A stretch of DNA of 64,000 bases. Origin: Lingula anatina. Taxonomy: Eukaryota > Animalia > Brachiopoda. The stretch is taken from positions 35,483,967 through 35,547,966 of the forward strand of contig CM120640.1 in the NCBI GenBank assembly GCA_051362555.1. The letters are read 5' to 3'. The translations under genes were made by a program, and so were the position numbers. Position 1 is the first letter of the stretch. The number at the start of each line of letters is the position of its first letter. Below, piece after piece: positions 50,448 through 60,969 of this stretch. The notes under the pieces were generated by a model. That model did no database searches. It saw nothing but the letters and a program-made list of their open reading frames with translations, and was not told the DNA's origin.

Positions 50448-53400
50448 CTAGAAAAAGAATGCATTTCAAAATTTGTTAACTACTAAGGTAAATTTTTTAA
50501 GTTAAAATGTCCTCATATAGTAGTGTAAACTGTATACGGAACATAAAAGTTCTGATTAAGGGAAACCTTTTGGTCTATTTTATATCAAGAGTATGTTCTT
50601 GAAAACTGAAATAACAACCAATTGGGCATAACAGTACCCTTCTTTTAAAAGTTAATAACTTTATTAATCACTAATATTAAGATTTTTCATAATAATCTTA
50701 TTTGTTTTACTGAATACCTCTAACTCCCTCATTATTTCATCCATGAAGTCAGTAGAATTCTGCTTATATGCTACTGCTGCTTTGATGGCATCCCTAAAAC
50801 ACTGCAAATAGAAACAAAAGCTAATTATTATAAGATTTAGCCCTTTTAAAAACAATCGAAGTTAGACAAATAGGTTTCAAATATTAATATTATTCACCTT
50901 CTGAAAGCACTTAAATATTTTGTAGCTTCAAGACACGTTTCATGGATATTAGATTTTTCTTCCTCTCTTTTTAAATTTTACAAAAATTAAGTCAGAGTGT
51001 AAAATCTTACCTTTACTACATTTGTACCATCTGATGCAGACACAAAGTAAAAAGGCATGTTGTGCTTTTTGGCAAAGTTAAAACTTTTCTTGGTTATACC
51101 GTAGTCAACTGTAATAGATCATGAAATGAAACACATCACCATTTTACAATTCTGAGCAAATTGTTAATCCACAATTTATCTGTTTCAAACTCCATGTTAG
51201 CAAAAAAATTGACATATTTATGTTATAAAATTTGGGCATACTAGTATATGGCAAGTGAAAATGTGGCCCACAAAGATAATTCTTTGGTAACAATAACTTG
51301 AAAACATATTTCTTTTTTTTCAAAATATCACTGAATTGGCAATGAAATCATAATAATAATAATAAACAAAATAAAGAATTGAAAAGGGGACAGACATTTA
51401 GCTAACACTGACTAAAACTAATATTTGAAATTCATAAGAATTAGATTATAAACCCTGTCCCCACAAGAAGTGGTTTCCACGCCCTGTTGATCTCAATGTG
51501 ACAAGTACTCAACCACATTCACTTCCAAGGTACTAGTAAGGAGTCAGAACATAACACAGGCACAGAGGGCATGTCATCCATGTGGATTCAATATCCAATA
51601 AAGAAAGTACTATGTAAGTAATATAACAATGCAACTTGTTTCAGTGTTGATTTTTAAGGTGTTATTATTATTATTATATAATAATTATTGATTTTAGGTA
51701 CTATTTAGGTTAAAAAAAAAAAAAACCTGCCTAAACAGCAGGAAGTAAACTTGTGGAGAATTTATGACAGGGAAGTCAAATCCCCTGTAAGGTAATCATT
51801 TGGTATAACCTCTGAAAATGTACCAGTAAAGTTGTTTCTCTATGATATAATACTCAAAGTGAGAGCCAGGAGGTCTATAACGTACATTTACAAATATTCA
51901 ATAGACTCACCATCTATTTTATTGGCAGCACATAGACAAGGTATTTCAGGTCTATAATCTCTCAATTCTTTAAACCAATTTGGTAAATTTTTATAAGTGA
52001 TTTTTCTAGTTACATCAAATACCTGAAACAGAAAACAATCAATTTATTACTTCGGTCACTTATTTCAGATAAATGTTCAATCAGTATCTTATTTAAGTGC
52101 ATACAACAATTCAGCAACATCCCTCTAAATATATCTCACTAAGGAAAAAAATGGGCTTTAACAAATGCTCATATTCTGCACGGAGTAAAGTAATAACTAA
52201 ATTACACTTACTAGTATACATGCATGCGCTTGATGATAGTATGAGGGGTGCATACTACTAAATCTCTCCTGGCCTGCCGTATCCCAAAAATCTACAAAGA
52301 TAAAAGGATCTTATGAAAAAAAGAATTTTTTATGAAACTTGGTCTTGTTGCACCACGTTTTTTTTTTTTTAATGACACTAATAGTGCTAGTACATACGCT
52401 CCTAAATATAATGCTATGAATCTAGAGCAATTTAACACAAGTACAAAAATACAAAGTCCAATCAGATTTAATTTCTTGCCTGTTTAACAACGAAACATTT
52501 TTGTTAACTTTCAGTAGCACGGCTCCATGTGTAATGACATCCATTCAAAGCAATTAAGTTAGGTTTTTATATTACAAAGTCCAAATCAGCCACCGGCTTC
52601 CTTATGTATAGACATTTTAAATGTGATTTTCATTGGAACAAATTTAAAAACCACCACTAAGAGAATCAAAACACAACTGATGCTAGTATTTCAAGTTGGA
52701 TGAGTTAATAGTTTAACACTTCATTAAGTATCTCAAGGTGAAAATATGAAAACCTAAGTACAGTACTTCACTTGTTAGCAGTTCACCCTTAAAATGGAGG
52801 CAAACTTGTGTGCAAAATAGAAACTACAAAATGGTTTGATATTCAGCTCACAGCTTATGAGACAATGAGAGACTCCAAGCCATAGTACTGAAAGTTGTAA
52901 AGGTATCCTGTAAATGTTCCAGTTCATTACATGATTAAAAAAAAAAAAAACATGGCCATACATAATGTTACTCTAAATGATGCTTAAAATAGCATTTTTC
53001 TGCAATGAAGTATGTAAGTCACACCTTTAAAATAAGAATTTAAATTTGTTTTAAAGTTCAAACTTACCGACAGCTACCTCTTTCTTGTTAACCTTTGTTT
53101 TATACCTAAATAATGTGAGAGCATATGTGGACAACTGCTGAGGTTGGCTGAAAATTGTGGTTAAGAGAAATACTTTGGTAGAAAACCCGATTAATTTTTC
53201 ATTTCTCATAATTCTTGAATTCTTTTTAAGGGAAGGGAGGGGAAGAAAACTTGATTAATTTTTCATTTCTCATAATTATTTGTTTTTTTTTTGTTTTTTT
53301 TTTACAAGGGGAGGGGATACCTTGTTCTGACTTTATATATATAGTAATACCACAAAATAAAAATCATATTTCTTTAAAAGTCATCATTTGGCAGTTACTC

Positions 53401-56400
53401 AAATAATTCATAACATTTCTAACAATATAAATGAAGACGCCAAAGATAAATTGATAGGAAATGACATGCCTTACACAAATACAGTGATTGTTGTAGATTT
53501 ACCAGTTAACCAAAAAATCAATACCGACTCATAGACTCTATAAATTGCACTTTCTAATAACATAATACCCCTGCTATTTAATTACTTCAGTCAACATAAA
53601 CTCTGAGTTATTGAGTGCTTTGACATGCACAGAAAATGTATTGAATAGCAATCATTTACGTCTGAGAGAGTGTGTGAGAGAGAGCATAAACACATGTCAA
53701 AAAATAGGAATATTTATGAAAAGTTCAGCAGTTTCATTGTCACTCTTTCCTGAACTTTCTCATTAACCTGAGTATGCAAGTGATAACGTACATCATCTGC
53801 ACAAAAGAAAATTGCATGTCTGCTCACTCGAGGTATCTAATTAAAAAGAAATGCAGCAGTATACTGTAAATGGTCTTGAATAATTATGCCATTTTGATAT
53901 TCAATCAAAGGATACTATCCATCCATGAGGAACCGCTCCACCAGCCTGCAAAACAATGTGAAAATCATTTCAAAAAATTATTTAAAAAATAATAATATAC
54001 AGTAATAGAACTGTGACACAAATAAAGGGATATATCACAACTGATGTCTGGTCTATCAATTAAGGGTTAACACCCAATAAAAGAAGAAATCTGTATTCTG
54101 CTTCTCAGCAGGAAATATCAAGAGCTACAAATACAATACTATTATTATTATTGAAGTAATATGACCTTATCACTAATTACTAGAAGTCACATATTAAGCA
54201 TTGTTTTAAAATGGAACTGCTTTGGATACAGGAGGCAATATTTTGCTAGTACCTCAGGTTTTGCTATGACAACTAACTATAATGTTAAAAGATTTAAATG
54301 TAGGTCAGGTTGTTTTTTTTTTCTTCAAACTACCATTCGATTAATTTACGGTTGTGATTCTTCAAGCAGCTATTTGTTTTTCTCTGTACTAGCCTTTTAG
54401 AACTCCACAAATCATAATTAATAATATTTTTAATCTCTGATTTATGATATTAAAATAAATCAAACACTTTTATCTTAATTTTTGTTTAATTATGTTTTAC
54501 TAAATTTACTGCTTTTGTGTAGTATTATTATGTACAGACACAGATGTGTCTGTACATATTGCCATCACCTGCGTCTGTCGTCGCCGTCGCCGTTCATGTC
54601 GCCGTTCATGTCGCCGTCGCCGTCGCCGTGCACTTTCAGCGTTAACACCATAAGTGGAAGACAGTTTTACTTTTTGGCTTTATATTTACAGAGCTGATGA
54701 ATATTCATAAAACGCAGGTCAAGTTCGAAAATCAGCATGATTGGGCCATTATTGTAGAATTTATGCTGTTTTTTCACTTTTCAGCATATATGCAACACTG
54801 TTAACACATTTCAAAGAAAGCCGATAGGCCTGTTGTCATGAAACTCACAGGAGTAATCAGTCTTACTAAAACGCAGGTCAAGTTCAAAAAACGGCATGAT
54901 CAGGCCACCATTTTAGTAGTTATGCTGTTTTTTCACTTTTCAGCATATATGCAACACTGTTAACACATTTCAAGGAAAACCCATAGGCCTGTTGTCATGA
55001 AACTCACAGGAGTAATCAATCTTACTAAAATGCAGGTCAAGTTCGAAAATCAGCATAATCGGGCCATTATTTTATAAGTTATGCTGTTTTTTCACATTTC
55101 CTCAGATTCAATTCTTAGGCATGTTAACAGTCTCATTATTTAATTAATAAGATATGTAAAAGTGTTTGTTTCACATTTCCTGCATCTTTACAACATTGTT
55201 AGTTGATTATTTGAAAATGATGGTAAACTTGTTATCGTGTATTGTGTAATAAAGTGTCAAAAATGGAAATAAACTCATATCATTGCAGTTTGTAAGATTC
55301 AATCATTCACTATGTTCAGAAACTCAGAATGGAGGAAATTGGACATTTGACACTGTTCTATTGATATTTTTCACATCTCATCAACTTTCTTAGTTGATCA
55401 TATAAAAATGGTAGTAAATTGTTAATTTTGTTTTATGTTAAAAAAGTGTTAAAAATTGAAAAAAAAAAACATGTCAGAACAGTGCTGTCTTGTTTACATT
55501 TTGGCATTTTCAAGGTGTGACTTTGAAGTTCCATTGGCCTGAAGACCTTTGCTAGTCACGTTTTCTGAATGTCCACGTTACTAATATATTATTATTAAAA
55601 ATTGATGGTCATTATGCTGTTAAACATTATGTAATGTTGCATCGAAATTTGAAGAAACCCATATTTTGGGCACTGCTCCCATGATGACCATTTAAGGAAA
55701 ACCATGTCAATTACTGTTCTCAAACTTACAGGAAAGAAACATGGGACTAAAATACAGCTTCAGTAGGCAATGCAGTCTGTTTGGTAAAATTTTCTGGCAA
55801 TTAAACAGTTTTTTGTGAAAATTTAATTTTTCACATATTGGCATTTTCAAGGTGTGACTTAGAACCTCCACGGGCTTGAAGACCCATGCTAGTCACATTT
55901 TCTGAAAATCCATGATAGGTTTTATTTTATTATTAAAAATTGATGGTCATTATGCTGTTAAGCATTATGTAATGTTGCATCAAAATAGAAGAAAATACAA
56001 TTTTTGGTGCTGTTGCCATGATGACCATTATGGGAAAACCATGTTACTTATGACTGTCAAACTTTCAAAAAAGAAACACGGGACTAAAATGTGGCCTGAG
56101 CTGGAAAAGCAGTCTAATTGGCTTCTTTTTCTGGAAGTTTTTAGTGAAATATTCATTATTATCGTTTTGGCATATTCATTGTGGGACTCAGAGCTCCCAT
56201 GGACATGAAGCTGAATGGTAATCAAGTTTTCTACATTTCCATACTATTTATAGTCAATTATCAAAAATTGGTGATAATTATTCTGTTATTTATTATGTAA
56301 TGTTACATCAAAATTGGCAAAAATCTTTTTGCACTGCTACTACAAACATTATGAAAAGAAAACTGTATTACTTATAATTATTTTTAACTTACAAGTATGA

Positions 56401-59121
56401 TTTTTAGGATTGGCATGCAGTTCAAATTAGAAAAACAGCTCAATAGGGTTATCATTTATTATTGAATTTATGCAGTTTTGTGTGAAATTTTCATTTTTCT
56501 CATTCTGGCATTTTCAAAGTGTGAACTTGAACTCCCATTGGCCTGAAGCCTTATGCTTGTTACACATTTTACTTACGTCAGTATTACCTGTTGAGCATAA
56601 TTAAAATTTGATGTTGAATTTGCAGTTAAGCATAATTTACTTTCGCATCAGAATTGACAGTAGCCTATTTTGTGCATTGTTATTGTCTGCTTTTTGTCTG
56701 TACATTTGACAGCTTTGCTGCCTTGTCTTTGATTTAAGTGTTATGTGCCAGAATTTATTTATAAAAGAATCATATATGTATGCTAGAACAATTGCACTGT
56801 CTTCGAAGACCATCAAGAAGTGTGAAAACTGAAAAGCTTCTGAAACAGACAGGGCCTTAGGCTCTATTCCCATAGATTTTAGATCGATCTATTCCCGCGG
56901 GGAGTCTCACTAGATTACTTTCAGATAATCCGACTTAAATGTCCGTCCCGCCTACTACAAGCTTTCAGGGGGTAATTAACTTCCGTGTCCGCCCGGCTGA
57001 CAGCTATTTAGCGTGAACCCCCAGGGAGTTAGGTCGATCTAAAGTAGGTCGATCTAATCTATGGGAATGGGGTGTTAGACCCTTCGTTATGTTTAACATC
57101 TCATAAAGCCCACAATATATTACTTTGTATGGCCTACACCTATTGAAAGAGGAACAAACATTCACAGCTTTCCCATTTGTTATCATTTGAAGAATACTAA
57201 TTAGAACTAAATGAAGCCAACTGTCAAAATAACATGTGGGTTCAGCTGTAAGTGGTGTGAAATTGAGATAAGACCAGACTTGGGGGGAAAAACTTTGGAG
57301 GATCATAAGGTCTGAAGGAAATCTGCAGGTCCTTCTAATTCAGTACTGGTCCGTTAAGTTCCTTTAGTCGGTGTTTACATGTGATTTATTTTTATTATTG
57401 TATTTTCACATAAACCTTGCTGGCCCAGAGGACCTGCAGTTATTAAAAATCTCTCTGGCCCTCTGGCTTCTTAGCAGTCCTGACTAGTCAGACTGGCAAT
57501 TTTTTCCCCATGTCTGTAAGACTTCGTTAAGGATTAAAGTTATAAATTTATTCTCTTCATACATCATTACACACACACAAATATTGGCAGAATAATTCAA
57601 CAAAACATTCGGATTTGATATACCCTGCCATGTCTTTTATATATGGCACATATAGCACCAGTGAAAAGATATTGTGGATATGTCAACTATATTAAACTTC
57701 ATAATGTATTTTATTAATCAGAAATTTTATTTCTGCTTTTCTTTTTAGAATAAAGATAAATTAAATGTTGTGTACTTTGGAACCATAACATCTAAAGCCT
57801 ATACCTACTACAGCAACCATTCTTACAAATAAGAGGGGTGCTGTTAAGTACTATTGGTCCAAACCTTTTTTATTCAAAAGAGATTAAAGGGATAATAACT
57901 CTTCGTATGAGGTCTATATTTCACAATAAAAACATTGTGAATAACTCATAGAAATATAATGTATTCTGTTTTACGACAAAAACAGCAGTTATAGCTGTTA
58001 TTCTGATATTTGAGCCTGTCTTCAGACCACGTGACCTCCATTGATGGCTATACTCTGTTATAATCTCTTAAGAGATTTTAACAGAAAACCAAACATTTTA
58101 GAAAAAAACCAGGGACAAACTTTGAATGTAAAAATGGATTCATTAACCATTGGTAAGTATGGGAAAATTGTTGTTTACTCCAGGAAAATTCATTTTTTGG
58201 CCAAAACGAAGAGTTATTATCCCTTTAAGTTCGTTCATGTTTATAAATAAATTATCGTTTATGTAACTTTTTTTGTCTGTTTGGAATGCATATCTCTCTT
58301 CTTAAGTACTCTGAAATAAGGGCTGAAATCAACCAATTTTACAAACAAGTGTGGGTATTTAACTCATTGAGTTTAAATTGAAATCTGATTTTTATTAGCA
58401 TCTTTTAGAGATTATATGTGAAGCTTTCAAAACTGCATTTCAATTAGCATATTTTAAGATGCTTAGTGCCAGCAATGCTGAGATCATTTTGGCTATTTCC
58501 CAATAAATATTTAAAAAATAATAATAAACTCAGACCCAATCTATCAAAAGTTGAAACATTCTGTTAAAATATTCGGCCTGTATTTAGTGTGCAATGATGT
58601 TCATAATTGAAATATTTATTTTAAATAAGATCACAAATGACATATTGTTGTATAAAACGATTGTAAGTTCCTGGCTGGGACATTTTACTTCCTTTCCTAA
58701 ATGCAATGTTGCATAACAACGTTAACCACTGCTAACTACGTACTGTTGATCATTCTTCTTTTAGATGATCACTACTAGTTCACTAGTTCATCATTAGGGC
58801 ACTGACGACAGGCAAATGAGAAACAAAACACTGCTAAACCGGCATCTTATAAAACAGCCAATTAAGCTCTTCAGATCATTTATTTATCACTGAAACTAGT
58901 GTTATCTTACTTTTCATTTTGAATCGGAACACCGACGCCAATAATACAAGATCCAATAATTTCGGATTTCGGGTGCATTTCTACCAACTGATGGTTTCAT
59001 AATGTGATATTGTAACTCACTTTGATTTTCCAACTGCACTGTCCCCTAAACATATTACTTTTACTTTTTCTTCACCATTCTCTCCCTGGTCATCGTAGTT
59101 CGGTTGCGAACCGTCAGCCAT
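50310..59121 (-). CDS. RABL2: Rab-like protein 2 (ciliary small GTPase), whole gene span; 8 coding exons, 723 nt, 240 aa
   Basis: Joined exons read KVICLGDSAVGKSKLVERFLMDGYQPQQLSTYALTL...DFWDTAGQERFSSMHPSYYHQAHAC...ANKID...FVSASDGTNVVK; no C-terminal CAAX, as expected for RABL2. Confidence 0.96.
50718..50801 (-). CDS. RABL2: RABL2 exon 7 (CFRDAIKAAVAYKQNSTDFMDEIMRELE)
   Basis: ttgcag acceptor, gtattc donor; DFMDEI motif. Confidence 0.94.
51011..51108 (-). CDS. RABL2: RABL2 exon 6 (KKSFNFAKKHNMPFYFVSASDGTNVVK)
   Basis: G5 motif; ttacag acceptor, gtaaga donor. Confidence 0.95.
51911..52022 (-). CDS. RABL2: RABL2 exon 5 (VFDVTRKITYKNL...ANKID)
   Basis: G4 motif; tttcag acceptor, gtgagt donor. 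Confidence 0.95.
52212..52291 (-). CDS. RABL2: RABL2 exon 4 (DFWDTAGQERF...HAC)
   Basis: G3 motif; ttgtag acceptor, gtaagt donor. Confidence 0.95.
53068..53147 (-). CDS. RABL2: RABL2 exon 3 (QPQQLSTYALTLFRYKTKVNKKEVAV)
   Basis: ttttcag acceptor, gtaagt donor. Confidence 0.94.
53148..53915 (-). other. U12-type (minor spliceosome) GT-AG intron of RABL2
   Basis: 5' splice site GTATCCTTTG; branch-like TTCTCTTAAC about 13 nt before the CAG; only a short pyrimidine run between them. Confidence 0.88.
53916..53945 (-). CDS. RABL2: RABL2 exon 2 (30 nt, LVERFLMDG)
   Basis: ttttgcag acceptor; donor GTATCCTTTG (U12-type). Confidence 0.92.
54709..55095. repeat. 159-bp tandem repeat, about 2.4 copies
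   Basis: GCAGGTCAAGTTC at 54714, 54873 and 55032. Confidence 0.9.
55501..56630. repeat. Diverged tandem repeat of about 335 bp, about 3.4 copies
   Basis: (t/c)TGGCAT(t/a)TTCA..GTG starts at 55501, 55838, 56167 and 56505. Confidence 0.8.
56860..57074. mobile_element. PIF/Harbinger-like MITE (215 bp)
   Basis: Imperfect TIR with perfect core ATTCCCATAGATT / AATCTATGGGAAT plus inner TAGATCGA inverted copies; TTA on both flanks; locally GC/CpG-rich. Confidence 0.7.
57888..58224. mobile_element. MITE with TTAA target duplication (Kolobok-like, 337 bp)
   Basis: Perfect 19-bp TIR AGGGATAATAACTCTTCGT / ACGAAGAGTTATTATCCCT flanked by TTAA. Confidence 0.82.
59021..59121 (-). CDS. RABL2: RABL2 exon 1 (MADGSQ...GDSAVGKS)
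   Basis: P-loop; donor gtgagt, phase 2. Confidence 0.92.
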
Positions 59122-59476
59122 GCTAAAGGAAAATATGTGCAAATTGGCATCATGGGATACTTGGCCTCGTTTTGAAATAATTCTTGAATGATAAAAATAG
59201 ACAGGGAAACCCCTCTTAAGATCTCCCAAAACATAGAAAGAACTGCCTCGTTTTATACGCGGAAATCGTTTTCATGACTATATATGGATATTTTCCTATT
59301 TATCGTTTTAATTTTTCGATGATCTTTGTCAAATCAAAGTGACAATTCAGAGTCACATGCTTGTGTGCACGTCACGTGATAAAGGTATCTCTTGGGTTGA
59401 TTCAGGTCATTCACATCACTTCTTGCTTTGTGGCGTTTAGTTGAGGTTTGTTCTTCTGACTCTCTTGCTATCCAAA
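59122..59476. promoter_or_regulatory. Compact bidirectional promoter/5'UTR region for RABL2 and cystatin, with E-box/CLEAR-like elements
   Basis: 355 nt between divergent ATGs; GTCACATG at 59352 and GTCACGTGAT at 59371; local CpG enrichment. Confidence 0.6.
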
Positions 59477-60969
59477 ATGTCAATGCCAGGCGGTGCCAGT
59501 GAGGTTAAAGATGCTGATGCTGATATTCAAAAAATAGTCGATGGTGTAAGTATTAACCGTGTTTACGTTCTTTTTTCCACAGTTAAATTTGCCAAGTTGA
59601 GGGACTTGACTCACATGCAAATAAGTTTTCTTTTGTTAGTGTTAAAAGTTGTATAGGGTTTATAAATATGTATGAAAGTTTGATAATACACTTGCAGTAC
59701 AGATCTAAGCACATTCATTAGTATCCAATGCATAGTTTTGCACTAAATTTCACGTGGAAATTCTAGAAATGTGCACTTTTAATGTACACATTAATTTCTA
59801 TTGCCAAAATGTAACTGGCGCCATTGTCATTGAAACTTGAAAGATACGTTCCACTTTCCACACGACAGAACTTTTGTCATGTGTGGGTGAATCATCATTC
59901 ATTAGATATGGAAAAAGAACTAACTTTGCATATTCCACATCACACATTTCAGATCAGCCTGTAATTTACATTTTTTTCAAGGGAGCTGCATATATATATT
60001 TTTTAAACTTTATAAATCAACTAGAACTTGATATTTTAACTTGATAAACGTCTTAATTAATCGATACCCATCCCTTGTTAGTTGCAGTGACACTGTGCAC
60101 ATGTTATATCTTATTAGGTGAAAGCAGAACTAGAAGGGAAAGTTGGAAGGAACTTCTCAGAGTGTAAAGCCATTTCCTACAGATCTCAAGTAGTTGCTGG
60201 TACAAACTATTTTGTCAAGGTAAGCTGAATAAATTAAAAGAGTTGTGTGATTTGTAATTTTGAATTAGACTTTTGACTTAAAGTATATCACTTTTATCTA
60301 AGGTGCTGCAGATAATTTGTGTCAGTTAAAAACAATAAAATGTATGTACTGTTATTCAATGAATTTTCCAACTTATAAATATGATGTCAAAATACTTAAG
60401 ATGATTTGCTTTTGCTCTTAAAAATGAAAAGGATAATTTCTGACTGTTTGGACTCCAATCTTAGACTTTCTAAAGCTAGCATCAGACTAAAAAAGTTTAT
60501 TCAAAAAGGAGTTCAGATATTGAAAACTACTAATATCATCATGGTTATCTTTAGTGAGAAGGCATATCTGAGAAATTCAAAGCATTGTTATTGTAACCTA
60601 CTTAAGATTATGCTCCTCAAAAGACAATTACAGTAGTATTGTATTGTTTCATTGAACTTTGTTCTGCATAAGATTAACTGATGACTGTAGTATCTCTACT
60701 TATAACTTAATCTATTGTTATTAAATTTTTGTTTTTTGTACATTATTTGCAATAACATAATATCTCTGTATAACAACAATCCTGTTTTTTTAGAAAGAGG
60801 AATCAAATACTTATAACAAGAACAAAAATACATTTTATTTTAGGTACAGGTGGGAGATGAATACATCCACGTGCGCATCTTTGTGCCTCTCCCGCACACT
60901 GGGGAGGCTCCCAGCGTTCACAGTTTTCAAGCTGGGAAAAGTGCTGCAGATCCCATAGAGTACTTCTAG
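59477..60969 (+). CDS. CSTB: Type 1 cystatin (stefin, cystatin A/B-like), 98 aa; exons 59477-59545, 60118-60219, 60844-60969
   Basis: N-terminal [26 protein letters not shown]-terminal DPIEYF; two phase 0 introns; no signal peptide. Orthology to CSTA versus CSTB is not resolvable. Confidence 0.95.

Larger units (their letters stand above)
54530..56727 (+). mobile_element. Helentron-associated interspersed element (HINE/DINE-like) with internal tandem arrays
   Basis: 5' hairpin ATGTACAGACAC-agat-GTGTCTGTACAT; GTCGCC microsatellite; 159-bp and about 335-bp internal repeats; 3' subterminal IR TGTCTGTACAT (56695) followed by a CAGC-ttt-GCTG hairpin and cttgt. Confidence 0.8.

Noticed and set aside
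54709-56630. Regularly spaced repeats as a CRISPR array
   Set aside because: Eukaryotic context, whole units repeat with no unique spacers, and no cas genes.
59145-59285. RFX X-box for the ciliary gene RABL2 (GTTTTCATGACTAT, GTATCCCATGATGC)
   Set aside because: Only partial matches to the X-box consensus.
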